Assembly: GCA_951406725.2 (NCBI GenBank)
Contig: OX597832.1
Location: 16,988,001 to 17,052,000 of the forward strand
Source of the DNA: Octopus vulgaris
Taxonomy: Eukaryota
Length of the DNA stretch: 64,000 nt
Direction of reading: 5' to 3'
Made by a program: the position numbers and the translations under genes. The notes under the pieces were generated by a model. It was given only the letters and a program-made list of their open reading frames with translations. It had not been told where the DNA came from and did not search any database. Shown in pieces: positions 1 to 14,402 of the stretch. Position 1 is the stretch's first letter. The number at the start of each line of letters is the position of its first letter.

Positions 1-138
1 CGACTTTGCCTTTCATCCTTTCGGGGTCAATAAATTAAGTACCAGTTACGCACTGGGGTCGATATAATCGACTTAATCCGTTTGTCTGTCCTTGTTTATC
101 TCCTCTGTGTTTAGCTCCTTATGGGTAGTAAAGAAATA
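1..138 (+). mobile_element. 3' part of tail-A SINE (cut by window edge)
   Basis: Same core and tail (...gggtagtaaagaaata) as the other copies. Confidence 0.9.
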
Positions 139-279
139 TATATTTCTACATATATGTCTATATATATAAATATAGATATTATATATACATAAACACACAC
201 ATACATATATATATGTGTGTATGTATGTATGTATATATGTATGTATGCGCACGTACATGTGTATACATATTAACTATTT

Positions 280-1140
280 TAGAATCGATCTTCATCCACA
301 TGTTCGCTTTGCCTCTGAACATATAGATCTTTATAAACAATAGACTTATTAGAATGACTGGTTTACGAAGCTATTCTTCAAAGAGCCTGTACCAAATTCT
401 TCGATGAGTGATGAATTATTAAAGAAGTTTATATCATGTAAGCTAATGCCTTCTCTATAACTCTTAGATTGTTGGAATGAATTGGAACGTTTCTAAGAGT
501 ATCAAATGAGATAAGCTCAATTTTCTGAGCAGGCTAATCCGTCGTCTCAGTGCAAGCCGATGTTGGTATTAGAGGCGATTATATTTTATACATCAACACT
601 TCCATAAGTGCGAAGTGAATATCCCCCCACCAAATTCCATGATCTTACTGTACATAATGGCAGTCCAAAACTGCTTGGAATTAAGTATCGAAGGGTAGAA
701 TTCACTTAATTGATTTTCGTGGTGTTTTCTCTAGCTTTATAAATTATGTCGATGACAAATTTCGTAATTCTGTTCACTATTAGGTCACAGTCTATTTTTA
801 GTTGTCGTCCCTCTCATATTGTATATCTTTCGTTGCATCGATTACTAATACCTCTACTTTCCAGCATATATATATTTCTTTAACTACTATATGAATTATC
901 CTCGTTTTGCAAGGCGTTCCATTCTAGTGTCACATTTGGTTTTCTAATCATAGCCCATTGATTGGTTCTAATGAACATTCCATCAATCGCTATTTTATAT
1001 TTTTGGCTGTCATCTAGTATTAACTTGTTATATTTATCGTTATCTAATACATAGGCGTGTATTCCTCGTCCAGAAATCTAATTACATTACTAAGGCATTT
1101 ATCTTTCATGTGACTTTGAATGAATACGAAATTTGATTCT
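280..1140 (-). pseudogene. Penelope-like RT fossil
   Basis: Minus strand EFYPSI (~685-703) and NIGLH*DDGLAC (~529-564; cf. GLYRDDGL) in the expected order. Confidence 0.6.
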
Positions 1141-1209
1141 CGTCGAAAGACAAACATTACCAGAATATCTTGTACTCAATTTTAGGAGGGGTATTTCGGT
1201 GCATAAATA

Positions 1210-2000
1210 TTGGTTTCACATCTTGGCACAAGAGCAGCAAATTTGAAGAAGGGGTTATACCGATTACATCGACCCCAGTGTTCAAATGGTACTTATTTTA
1301 TCGACCGCGGAAGGATGAAATGCACAGTCACCTACGGTGGAATTTGATCTCAGAGCGAAATGCCGCTCTGGGTTAGCAAAATGCCGCTAAACATTTTTTG
1401 CAGCCTCCTAACGAACCTGCCAACTCGCCGACTTATTTCGGTGCCTTAATAGCAAAATCTGCAGTATGGCGGCGAGTTTGTAGAATCGTTAGCACACTGG
1501 ACAAAATGATTCGCGGCATTTCTTCCGTGTTTACGTTCTGAGTTCAAAATCCGCCGACATACAATTTGTTTTAATTTTCGGGGCCGATAAAATATTTGAG
1601 CACAGGGATCACTGAAATTGACTAACCCCTCTACCAGCTTGTCTGCCTTGACTCACAATTTGAATATTAATGCGTACAGTAACAATGCTCAATAACTCCG
1701 CATAAACAGGGAGAGCCTTACTGCACAAGTACTGAAGTACATCTCCCTAAACTAAGTCTCTCATAGCGAAAGAATAATATCTAATCTATTCAGCTCCGAA
1801 GATATATTTGTTTCAAATTCTGGCACAAGACCAACAATTTCGTGGAAGAAGCTATGTTGATTACATCGATCCCGGTGCTCAACTGGTACCTAATTTATCG
1901 ACCCCGGAACGATGAAGAGCAAAGTTCTAGCTCGGCAGAATTTGAGCTCAGAAGGGAAAGCCGGACGAACCGCCGCTAAAAAGTTTTCCAGGCGATCTAA
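1210..2000. mobile_element. Three older SINE copies (same head/core, tail type C): ~1210-1432 minus, ~1467-1665 plus, ~1808-2000 minus
   Basis: Degenerate head (ggcggcgagtttgtagaatcgttagc), core, and tail ...ccttgtgccaaaatttgaaacc. Confidence 0.7.
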
Positions 2001-2821
2001 GTCTACCGAAGAATTATATATATATAATTAAGGTGGCTGTTCGCAATTTAAGAATCATTAAGGGACTACGGGGGCAAATCAGCACCAGCATTGCTAGAAA
2101 TCGGAGTCAAAACAACTCTTAGCCAGATGCAAAGAACTTATATATTGACTGATAGGGGGAACCACCTCTCTACAGCAAGCGAGGAGTGTCAAATCATGGA
2201 TGATTTCGGATTATAACCCTTGATATTCGCAAGCGTGAGTATATGCAGGCATAAAAACGTATATAGGTAACGTGCATGCCTGCAGCCTTTCGCCCGCGGG
2301 AGAATACACGATAAGGAAATGAAATTCAGGATATGATGTTGTGATGCAAATATTCTTGGTACCTTTTTGGGTTAGCTCGCCAGTAATAATAAATTACCGT
2401 TAAAAGATTGGCTTATCTTCTCACTAAAAAGTGGAGTTAATATGACGACAAGAGACTGGATTAAAGGGGTTAGATCCTTTTGATTCACTTCAACCCATTG
2501 TTGACTTATGGCCCCCTGAATATGCAGGGTATGATTTGTTAGAAAACTGTCATTAGATTCAGTAAGATATTACATTTTTTTTCAGTTTTCTTGTTTATTA
2601 ATTGTTTCAGTTTTGCATGATTTGTTATAAAAATATTATCAGATTCAATAAGATGTTTATTCTTTACACTTTTCATGTTTATTAATTTTTTTTTCATTTT
2701 CCTTCTTTTTATTGAGTATTAAACAACCTTTAAGTTATGGGAGATAACCCAATTTTTTTAATGGGATGAGATAATCAGAAAGTACCATATTCTTGAATGG
2801 TGCATAAATATTTATATATAT

Positions 2822-3047
2822 ATACTCTTTTACTATTTTACTTGTTTCAGTCATTTGACTGTGGCCATGCTGGAGCACCGCCTTCAGTCGAGCAAATCTA
2901 CCCAGCACTTATTCTTTGTAAGCCTAGTACTTATTCTGTCGATCTTTTTTGCCGAACCCCTAAGTTATGGGGACATGAACACACCAGCATCGGTTGTCAA
3001 ACGATGTTGAGGGGACAAACACAGACACACAAACATACATACACAGG

Positions 3048-3081
<34 letters not shown>

Positions 3082-3245
3082 CGACGGGCTTCTTTCAGTT
3101 TCCGTCTACCAAATCCCCTCACAAGGCTTTGGTCGGCCTGAGGCTATAGCAGAAGACACTTGCCCAAGGTGTCACGCAGTGAGACTGAACCCGGAACCAT
3201 GTGGTTGGTAAGCAAGCTACTTACCACACAACCACTCCAGCGCCT
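2822..3245 (-). mobile_element. Second tRNA-derived SINE family with internal (TA)/(TG) tract
   Basis: Minus head ggcgctggagtggttgtgtggtaagtagcttgcttaccaaccacatggttccgggttcagt. CORE-like accttgggcaagt. Tail ...gaaacaagtaaatagtaaaagagta. Homologous copies at 11778-12197, 27667-27995 and 56860-57320. Confidence 0.85.
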
Positions 3246-3720
3246 GAATGAGAATGCAGTAATAAAATTAATTTATGCACGAAACTAGGGCTCAAGTATA
3301 CATAAATAATTAATTACGGTTTTAGAGTAAAGTATCTCTCTTTGTCAGATAGGTTGTCTCGTAAAAAGGAAATTATAGTTTTGGTGTGTATATATCGTAA
3401 TGCAAAAACCATATCAAATCGTTGTAGAAAATTATATGAGGAATTATATGCCCAAACCGAAAGGCAACAATTGAAGTGGTGGATTGGTTTTGTCTATAAT
3501 TCACGTGCAAATTTTAGTGGCGAGAGTGCGAGAAGGTTAAAGTGAATTTATAATTTGTTCCAGAACAGGGCAACGGAATACCGTTATCAACTGAATTTAA
3601 ATATATCACGCATTGATATAAATCTAGCTTCATAAGAGCGAAAACACGAAGCAATTGGCCCTTGAGTAACCCACTTACTTTTTCAGAATAATAAGTAAAG
3701 CCGTACGATAAATGCATGTT

Positions 3721-3754
<34 letters not shown>

Positions 3755-4133
3755 AATCAAGGAACGGCCATAATAGGCCATTCACCCACTAGAAATAACA
3801 GCCAAAGCTTCAACCGCAAAATAACATTAATTCCGCAAACCAGGAGAAAATTAAAAAAAAACATTTACCCTGTAATTTCTTATACGATGCACCGTTTCAT
3901 CTATTGTTTAATGGTAAACTAACCTGATTAAATTAAATCAAGCCAATCTTCCATAGGCCGATAGATTCGTCAGTAAGAACAGCCAGATCGGAACAGATAT
4001 TTTCACGAGGCACTTCTATCCCTGCCTCGGCAATATCTGACCTAAAATTTTCAAATCATCGCACTCGCACCAAATTTATCGGCAGCAAATATAAGCCGCC
4101 GATTCCATTACGGAATTAACCAGAAAATTCATA

Positions 4134-4296
4134 ATTAATCAATATAGGGTGGCAAAAAATTTCGTAGAATTTTTTTGCCACCAGCGTTGATTGTGATGTT
4201 GAACTTATAAATGGTCTATGACTATTTAATTTTTTCCCACTAGGACGCTGGTGGCAAAAAAATTCTACGAAATTTTTTGCCACCCTATATTGATTA

Positions 4297-4298
<2 letters not shown>
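4134..4298. repeat. Perfect 54-bp inverted repeat with 57-bp spacer; each arm is itself a hairpin
   Basis: 4134-4187 is the exact reverse complement of 4245-4298. Confidence 0.9.
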
Positions 4299-4299
<1 letters not shown>

Positions 4300-4380
<81 letters not shown>

Positions 4381-4636
4381 TGTTATTTTTATGCTGAAAT
4401 GTGGTGGCCAGTTCGAAGTCATGGCCAGTTATGCCACCATCAGACAGTCTGACGATGGCTTAACCGGCCGAAGATTTGAAGTTCCTCTCAACAAGGTTTT
4501 TGTAGAAGAATTATACGTATGCTCTCAAGAAAAGTTTAGAGTAACCCATTAGATTAATGTAGAATTGTTTTAATGATAAGTTGATATCAAAAGAAAGAAA
4601 TATTAATAAAAAAGATAGATAGATAGACAGGCAAGC

Positions 4637-4728
<92 letters not shown>

Positions 4729-5239
4729 GATAGATAGACATTATGACACTAATAGAATTTCAACATGGTGAATTTTTCTTTGGCTATATTCAAAACATTT
4801 CATGATATTTTCTAAAACAACAAAGTATATACGTAAAAAAAATGAAAGTATAGATGCATGTGACAGTTCGCCAAAGAAATAGCTTGCATATAGGGGGCGA
4901 TAGTGATTGAGGAGTGACTGGGGAAAAATAGAGATGAAAAAAATATGAAAAACTGAGTGAGATGAATAATACTACAGAGGACGGAATGAGTGAAGAATGA
5001 AGAGTGAAGAGTGAAGAATGAGTAGAACAGAGAAGTAAAGAGGGAAGTAAAATTGAAACGAATATTTTAGAGTGGGAAAGCGTAAGAAATTGATAGAAGA
5101 TTAAGTAATCCTAACACTGATATACGTGTGTGTGTGTCTGTCTGTGTGTCTGTGTGTGCCTGTGTGTGTACGTGTGTATATATAAATATATATGTATATA
5201 CATGTATGTATATAAATACATATATGTACCCATGAGTTC

Positions 5240-5272
<33 letters not shown>

Positions 5273-5320
5273 AGTATGTATGTATTTATATATATATGTG
5301 TGTATGTGTAAATATACGTT

Positions 5321-5368
<48 letters not shown>

Positions 5369-5379
5369 GAGAGAGAGAG

Positions 5380-5453
<74 letters not shown>

Positions 5454-6180
5454 ATAGATGAACAGATAGAGAGGGTGTGAGAGAGAAAGAAAGATTGAAT
5501 GAATGAATGAATGAAAGAGAGAGAGAATGAAAGAAAGGAAGAAAGAAAGAAAGTAAGAAAGAATGACAGAGGGAGAAATATATTTACGTATAACTGTGCA
5601 AACTTGCATACTTATATGAAGATTTTCTTTTTCTAACATTTTTTTTTTTCTACTGTCTTCCATACTTCGCTACTTCAAATTTGCTACTCTCCTAATTTTC
5701 TTTTTATCTTTTTTACTTCTCACTTCTCCAATTTTCCTTACTTCTTCCATCCTTTATTTTTCTTTTCTTCACCTTTCTCGGTCTACGTATCAAATAATTC
5801 CTATAAAATAATGTCTCTCTTCGCTTACACTACCTTTCAGTATTACAGCCATTTTAAGCACGCATAAGACTAGCCATCACTCCACCACTCACAAGCGTCT
5901 CACTCAACAGTCACATGCATTTACTAGCTTATTTGTTTGTATATTATATTTGCTAGTGTTAGATATATATTTTTTTTTTGCATCACTTTCATAGAATGAT
6001 TAATGGTATATTCAGTTGAAAGTGAAATGTTATTTTGAAAAGCGCCAAAGCGAAACTCGGAGTAAACAACTGATGAAAATTCAGTTCTGCGTTTGATATT
6101 GTTATAGATTTTATATTGAAACCCATCTGAACATGGACATATGGACATACATACACATCTTCACGCATACCTATCACAGA

Positions 6181-6216
<36 letters not shown>

Positions 6217-6564
6217 GTATGTGTGTGAGTGTGTGTGTGTGTGTGTGTATAGATAGAGAAATATATAGATAGATAGAGATATAGATAGAGAAATATATAG
6301 ATAGATAGAGATATAGATAGAGAAATATATAGATAGATAGAGATATAGATAGAGAAATATATATATAGATAGAGATATAGAGAGATAAATAGATGGATAT
6401 GTATGTATATCTATCTATGAACATATACACACACACACACACATATATATATACATCTATATATATATATATATATATAGATAAATTCATATACATACAT
6501 ATATATATATATATACAGACATATAAATATATATTTATATATATATACTTATATATGTGTATAC

Positions 6565-6596
<32 letters not shown>

Positions 6597-6986
6597 ATGC
6601 ATATAGTCAGCCGTTCAAGGATGAAATGGTAAGAGGTAGACAGACAAATAGATAGACAAAAAAGACAGACATACAGATATATAGATAGATAGATAGAAAC
6701 ATAGATGTGGATATTAATATATTCAAAAATATACCGGAACGAAATATTAAAAGAAAACGAAACATAACACGAAAGCAAAGGCATAGCATAACACATTCAT
6801 ACCAAAAGAAGAAGATCAAAATTGCCACATGTGAAAAAGGATAATATATTTAAAGGAAATTGGTATGCGTGGGGAACGCCACGATAAACTAAAACATCGA
6901 AGCAGAATATAAGAAAACCCATATAAGAACAACGCTCTTGTATATGTGTGTGTATGTGTGTGCATATATATAAATATATATATATA

Positions 6987-7039
<53 letters not shown>

Positions 7040-7097
7040 TGTAAATTGATAGATAGATACACACACACACATACACACACACACATATATATATATA

Positions 7098-7158
<61 letters not shown>

Positions 7159-7380
7159 GTATATAAGTATATATATATATATATATTGGTATTTATACTT
7201 TTATACACTTATATAGAATTATATATATGTCTACATACTTGCATATACTTATATGGGCACACACATGCACACACACATATATATATATGTATATATATTT
7301 ATATATACATTTATGTACATATATATATACATACATACATATATACATACATACATACATACATACATACATACATACAT
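4300..7380. repeat. Microsatellite-rich zone: (TA)n, (GA)n, (GATA)n, (TG)n, (CATA)n
   Basis: Directly visible. Confidence 0.95.
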
Positions 7381-7768
7381 ACAGATATACGCAAACAAAA
7401 TAATGGTATTAAAAGCTATAATAATAAAAACAATAGTCGTAAAATATGCATGAATACCAATTCTTTATTAAATAGAAAACATCAAAACAGAAATTTTCTT
7501 TGAGAAGGAATGTATATTATCTTCACATCTTCCTGCTAGATTCTATTAGATTGTCTGCCGGTACAAAATCATTTCCTGTCAACTTTACGTGCTGACTTCT
7601 AGCAATTTCCAAGCACATTTGACCTACACTAAAAGAGCTGCTTTGGGCAGAATATCTAATATGGATAAACAATGGTTTAACACGAATTCTAGCGAAAAAG
7701 TCTCCACATGAACTTTCACACTGAGAGTGATTTTCACCACATATATATAGTATTCTTTATATACGTTG

Positions 7769-7776
<8 letters not shown>

Positions 7777-7862
<86 letters not shown>

Positions 7863-7875
7863 CTATTATTATCAC

Positions 7876-7937
<62 letters not shown>
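7777..7937. repeat. (ATT)n microsatellite
   Basis: Directly visible. Confidence 0.95.
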
Positions 7938-7939
<2 letters not shown>

Positions 7940-8654
7940 TCGCTATATCCTTCCTGTCGTTTATTTAGTATGATTCTCTATATTGTTATCGTGCATGCTT
8001 CTTTTATTCTTCGTGTTATTTTTGTTGTTGTTGTTGTTGTTGTTATTGATCTTCTTGATGTGGTTTAGGTGTTTTATGATTTCTGCCATTGTGTGATTAC
8101 TATTACTGATGTTCATATTGTTTTTCCTGTTGTTGTTGTTGTTGTCGCTGTTGTTCTATCACTTATTGTTGTTGTTCATCATGATGGCGATGTCGCGTAG
8201 GCGTACTCTGATTTTTCGCTACTGACATTCCTTTGTGGTTATTCTTCCTCTTGTGGTTGTTGCTTTAGGATTTTTACTATTGCAGCTTTTTTTTTTTGTT
8301 CAATTTGTAGTCTTGTCTTTCGTTTTACTGATCATCTTTTTTTTCCCTTTATCCTTCTTGTTGTTGCTATTGTTACTATTGTTGCTGCTACTGTTAACGC
8401 TTTGGCTGTTGTGTGTATGTGTGTAATTTTTTTCTTTTTCGTGATTTCACTTTTGATGTTCAAGTCGTCGTTGTAGAGGCTGGTATCTCTGATTTTTACT
8501 ACTGTTGTTGTCATTCATCTTGCTGTCATCGCATTTGTTGTTCTCTGGCTATTATATCTGTGGCTGCTGTGGGGATATTTGTTCACAAGTTTTGGATTAC
8601 TAAAACGAATTCTTAAATATCTAGAAATGTTGCTATGAATAACTACATATTAGT

Positions 8655-8696
<42 letters not shown>

Positions 8697-8700
<4 letters not shown>

Positions 8701-9217
8701 GGTATGTAGAAAAATACAACATGGACAAGAACGTATAACTCTTAGAAGACGATACAATAAACACGGACAGGACATTCGAAACCCTCAGTCTTCAGTCAAG
8801 AACCGGATCATCGTAGTAATTTCGGCTGATTAATCTTGAGATTACTAGATCACAGCCAGCCCTCCAAGAAAAACTAAGCAACGAGCATTAGAAAAACTAA
8901 GCTGGAAGCGTAGATTTCCTGGAAGAAGGATCGAATGCATACGAACACCAGGACAGCAAAAGGGACAGATATAAAAAAAACAAAAAACAATAATGGAATA
9001 CAGAAACATGAAATACAGAAGCATTACCGGTGAAAACAACAGTGTCTTACGACTGATAACAAGCAAACAAATTTTTTCTCTGGCGCAATGGAAAAAGCCT
9101 TTATAGCGGCGGACGAAAACAGCGATGTTAACACGACGAGGGTCAGGAGCTGAAAGGCAGATTTCGGCCAACAGTCACGTGACAGAGAAGAGGGAAAAGA
9201 AAAGAAAGAGAAGCAAC

Positions 9218-9251
<34 letters not shown>

Positions 9252-9638
9252 GGACAAACGCAACAAAGAGAGAGAAGAGAGAGAAAGAAGGAATCAGAGA
9301 GGAGAAGGGATGGGTGTCGAAGAATGACCTGTGAGTGCAGAGCGAGACAAAGAAATAGGAGGGTAGTGGAAGACTAGACCAAAGAATCAGAGGAAAGAGA
9401 AGAGAAAAAGAGGATGAGTAGAGAGAAAAAGAGAGAGGGGGACAGATCAAGTAAAAATGAGAGAGAGAGAGAGACAAACAGAGAGTCGTACCAATTATTA
9501 AGAATATGTGCTCACATTAATGTTAAGGGGGGTACGGGGCGCCTGGAATATATGTTAAGGTATGTAGAAAAATACAACATGGACAAGAACGTATAACTCT
9601 TAGAAGACGATACAATAAACACGGACAGGACATTCGAA
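8697..9638. mobile_element. Non-coding element with 84-bp terminal direct repeats between (TA)n tracts (Penelope-like pseudo-LTR organisation suspected)
   Basis: 8697-8780 is identical to 9555-9638. (TA)n on both sides. Class assignment is inference. Confidence 0.5.
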
Positions 9639-9707
9639 TATATATATATGTATATATATATAAAAACATACAGATATATATATACACACATACATACAGA
9701 TATTTAC

Positions 9708-9815
<108 letters not shown>

Positions 9816-9901
9816 AAATTCAAAATGCGACAAAATAAATATATATCATATATGAGTGTCCTGTACCTATATATGCATATATTTATATATATTATTTATA
9901 T

Positions 9902-9952
<51 letters not shown>

Positions 9953-10175
9953 ATCAACTTTAAACGGAGTCTGGATTGATTCCTTCAAAGAATACCAGAT
10001 AAGCCACCCATAATTGGATACAACTGACCCAACAATAACTCACTACTTGAATGGACCATAAACAAAACTTGACTTAAACAGGATTCGAATAATCCTATCA
10101 GGTGGTGCTATTAAGTTAGACATAGTCTGGACCAATCATTGGTCGAAACATATCTAAGTTTATCTAAGTTTAAGT

Positions 10176-10234
<59 letters not shown>

Positions 10235-10827
10235 TATTTACATGCATACATACAGTTAGATAGAGACATACGTAAACCGATAGAGAGAGGGGGAGATGGA
10301 GAGAGAGGGAGTTACAGACATATATGCCTATAAATATTTGCATATGTTAATAGACAGAAATATCGATTTACCTACATTGATTTATCTATTATGGCCTTAC
10401 ACCTGTTTCAGGTATGCTTTTGGTTGAGTTCATGGTGACAATCGATTGATGGTATGAAATAGTGGAAACTGCCAGGGAAAGATATCGTCTCCAGTGTAGC
10501 GAAGAATCAAATGCTAAAGAAAAGGTCAGAGAGAAATTTAGAAAGTACGGTATTATTAGGGAACTGTATCAAATATTTTAACCCATCAACCGTAAGCCAT
10601 TATGACTCTTACAGGGTGTGTATGACAACCGTAGAGAAATCTTATGCCCTACTCCGTCGTTATAATTAGTGGGATATTGTAGGCGATCACTATTGTGTTT
10701 TGAAAGCAAAATTGCCTAGGGGAATTATAAAACAATTTGTAGCTAGGTGACTATTTATTATTTAGACCAAATATAACAAAATCTATTTGCAATGAATTTT
10801 AGTGGACATACAGAGTTTATAGCAGTG

Positions 10828-11262
10828 TTTGTTGTTGTTTGTTCCTTCTCGGGCCACGCCTGGTTCATAAAGGCCGGTTTCCAGGTTTCCTTGGCGTATA
10901 GGTTCTCCACCAAGACGAGACGCCGGTCCATCGCAGGTGAGCTGTAAGATGCAGGGGGGGAAACGTGAGAGAAAGTTGTGGCGAAAGAACAACAGTGTAT
11001 GTAGCATGCTTTCGAGGTATGAAATTTGTCGATGGTTTTCTTGGAATATAGAAAAATATGAGAAATATTTACATAAAACTTATGTATTTTTCTTTGTAAT
11101 TCTGTGTTTCCCTACAACACAGTTAACCATTACCTTCTGCCGGAGCAGCGTGGAGCTTAGGTGTTTCGCTCATAAACACACACATTACCCGGTTTGAGAT
11201 TCGAACCCGCGATCCCTCGACCGCGAGTCCACTGCTCTAACCACTAGGTCATGTGCCTCCAC
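10828..11262 (-). mobile_element. Third tRNA-derived SINE family, with internal foreign insert
   Basis: tRNA-like head (tggttagagcagtggactcgcggtcgagggatcgcgggttcgaatc). (CAA)-rich tail. TSD atagcagtg at 10819-10827 and 11263-11271. Homologous to 36149-36445. Confidence 0.8.
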
Positions 11263-11777
11263 ATAGCAGTGATTAAAACCTAGTAAACTGACATCAGAAG
11301 TAAACTATTTCTGGTAAAGAAGCAGTAAGACAAATATTGTTGCAGAGAAACACAGCATTCTAAAGAGAAATACTTAAGTTCTATGAAAATACTTCTCATA
11401 TTTTTCTATATTCCAAGAAAAATTATCTAGCAATTTCATACCTTGAAGGCATACTACAAACACTGGATAACTTACTGATTAATAAAATAATCCGTTTAGA
11501 TTAATTAGTTAAATTCGTAAATTATTTCACAAAACTAACCTTTACGGTGAAACTAAAACAAAAATAATGGGAATAAGTCAAAATACGTGAATAAAACTAA
11601 AGACTTTCAGCATACTTTTAACGAAATTTTTCCACAAAATGAAGAATTATGGTATTGTCCGTATTTTGGCATTGGTTACAAATAAGTATTATTTTGGTTT
11701 TTGACAAACGCACAAGTCCTCTACAAATTTACAGTGGTCGGGATAATAGGTGGTTACCTCGATCTTAGAAATTGATA

Positions 11778-11979
11778 TACTCTTTTCTCTTTTACTTTTT
11801 TACTTGTTTCCATCATTTGACTGCGGCCATGCTGGAGCACCACTTTTAGTCTAGCAAATCGACCCAAGGACTTATTCTTTGTAAGCCTAGTGTATATTCA
11901 CGGGGACGTAAACATACCACCATCGGTTGTCAAGCGATTTGGGGGCACAAACAAAGACACGCGAACATATACACACATA

Positions 11980-12040
<61 letters not shown>

Positions 12041-12197
12041 GACGGGACGGGCTTCTTTCAGTTTCCGTCTACCAAATCCACTCACAAGGCTTTGGTCGGC
12101 CCGAGGCTATAGTTGAAGACACTTGCCCAAAGTGCCACGCAATGGGAATGAACTCGGAACCCTGTGATTGGTAAGCAAGCTATTTACCACTCAGCTA
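11778..12197 (-). mobile_element. Second-family SINE copy
   Basis: Collinear with 2822-3245. Confidence 0.85.
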
Positions 12198-12575
12198 TTA
12201 TTGATTCCTCTTCGATACTTCCAATGCCAATTAGGAATTAGACTCCTAATAGAAACGGACTCGGTTAAATATCACTAGATGTAGTACCTTAATGTTATTG
12301 TGACTTTACCCCATCGTATCGCAAATAAGTTAAACTTTTGGTGGGGTTTTCTTGTACTTGGGCAGTGAGTGTTTTAACGACTACAATTCCCTTCAAACAT
12401 TGTTTTTGTGACCTGAATATCAATATTTTGAAACTGACCTCTTTTCTATTACCTTTCAGTCAGATTCTGCATTGAGTTGTTGAAGGCAGAAATATCGTTA
12501 TAGCAAATATTCCGTTGAATATCAGATTTACTCGTCAGTTGCTTCACCATAACTACTGAAAATAAGGGCACATCT

Positions 12576-13152
12576 TATTTCTTTATTGCTCACAAAGCGC
12601 TAAACATAGAGGGGACCAGCAAGGAGAGACGGATTAAGTCGATTACATCGACCCCAATACGTTGCTGGTACTTAATTTATTAACCCCAAAAGGAGGAAAG
12701 GCATAGTCGACCTCGGCGGGATTTGAAATCAAAACCTAACGGCAGACGAAATACCTATTTCTATTTCTTTTCTACCACAAGGGGCTAAACACAGAGAAGA
12801 CAAGCAAGGACAGACAAACGGATTAAGTCAATTATATCGACTCCAGTGCGTAACTGGTACTTAAGTTATCGACGCAGAAAGGATGAAAGCAACGTCGACC
12901 TCGGCGGAATGAAATACCTATTTCTTTTCTACCCACAAGGGGCTAAACACAGAGAGGACAAACAAGGACAGAGAAACGGATTAAATCGATTATATCGACA
13001 TCAATGCGTAACTGGTACTTATTTAATCGGCCCCGAAAGGATGAAAGGCAAAGTCGACCTCGGCGGAATTAGAACTCAGTACACAACAGCAGATGAAATG
13101 CCGCTAAGCATTTAGCCCGGTGTGCTAACGTTTCTGCCAGCTCACCACCTTA
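12576..13152 (-). mobile_element. Tandem array of three tail-A SINE units with a single 5' head
   Basis: Junctions gaaatacc|tatttc at 12755/12756 and 12918/12919. Head only at the right end. Confidence 0.9.
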
Positions 13153-14012
13153 GGCGTTTCTGATCATGAGCAGGAGTGGTTGGGGAGCATCATAGACATA
13201 TATTGAGAGGAATTCTTTGCGGATTACATAAATGTAACCAAAGTAAAATTCAAAGGGAATATTAGCCATTTTTAATACTTACTTATGGTAAGCAAATAGG
13301 AACGAACAGTTGCTACAGAAATACAAAAATCTTGTTATGCGGTGTAATTCAAGGCAATAATTTCAAAATTGCACAAAGGACACAGAATTGAAAAGGTGAA
13401 CACTCTACGTAAGAGAATTTCAGTGATTAATTGTTAATTGCTTTTACTGACGCTCCAACAAAACCAAAATTGTTCTCAGTGGTTTTTAATTCCGAACATA
13501 AAATGAACATAAAATATATTGACACGTTTTCTTCATCGCTCTACTAAATCTGCTAATCCTCTGTGTACTTGTCTTGTTCTGGAAGTGCTAGCAATGATTC
13601 TTGTTTTTTTCTTTGATATATAAGACACTGAATGATTAATCATTAACCTTTAGGGGATTTCAGTTTTACATGTGACTTCTTTATTTGGAAAACTAACTAA
13701 AACGAAGATTAGGTCGCTTTTAAGACGTCCAGTGATAGCATGGAATTATTACGGCTACGTACACAAACCGGCATACATACATATCTAACAGGCATTCACA
13801 TATAAACAGATACACGTTTGAATATACCACCTGCATATTCACATACTTTTAACCATATAAAAACGTTGGTATACACTTGCACACATATGTGATCATATGC
13901 TTATACACACGAATTAATATATACACTTACAAATGTATACACAACCATGTACATGAATAAATACATACGGGAATATATATTTATTCACCCGAAGATGGTA
14001 AATACATTATCA

Positions 14013-14402
14013 TTTTTACTATAGACACAAGGCTTGAATGTTTGGGGGCGGGTGTCAGTCGATTAGATTGACCATAGTGTTTAACTGCTACTTAATTTAT
14101 CGACGCCGAAAGATTCAAAGGCAAATTCGACCTCGGCGGATTTTGAACTCAGAACGGAGCGATGGGCGAAATACCTATTTCTTTACTACCCACAAGGGGC
14201 TAAACACAGAGGGGACAAACAAGGACAGACAAACGGACTAAGTTGATTATATCGACCCCAGTGCGAAACTGGTACTTAATTTATCGACCCCGAAAGAAGG
14301 ATGAAAGGCAAAGTCGACCTCGGCGGAATTGGAACTCAGAACGAAACGGCAGACGACTAAGCATTTCGCTCGGCGCGCAAACGATTCTGCCAGTTTGTCG
14401 CC
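14013..14402 (-). mobile_element. Chimeric SINE dimer (tail-A unit joined into a tail-B SINE)
   Basis: Junction gaaatacc|tatttc at 14175/14176. The left unit has a different tail (ttttactatagacacaaggcttgaatgtttggggg). Confidence 0.85.

Noticed and set aside
12576-13152. Regularly repeated units as a CRISPR-like array
   Set aside because: The units are whole 184-bp SINE bodies with no unique spacers, the context is eukaryotic, and there are no cas genes.
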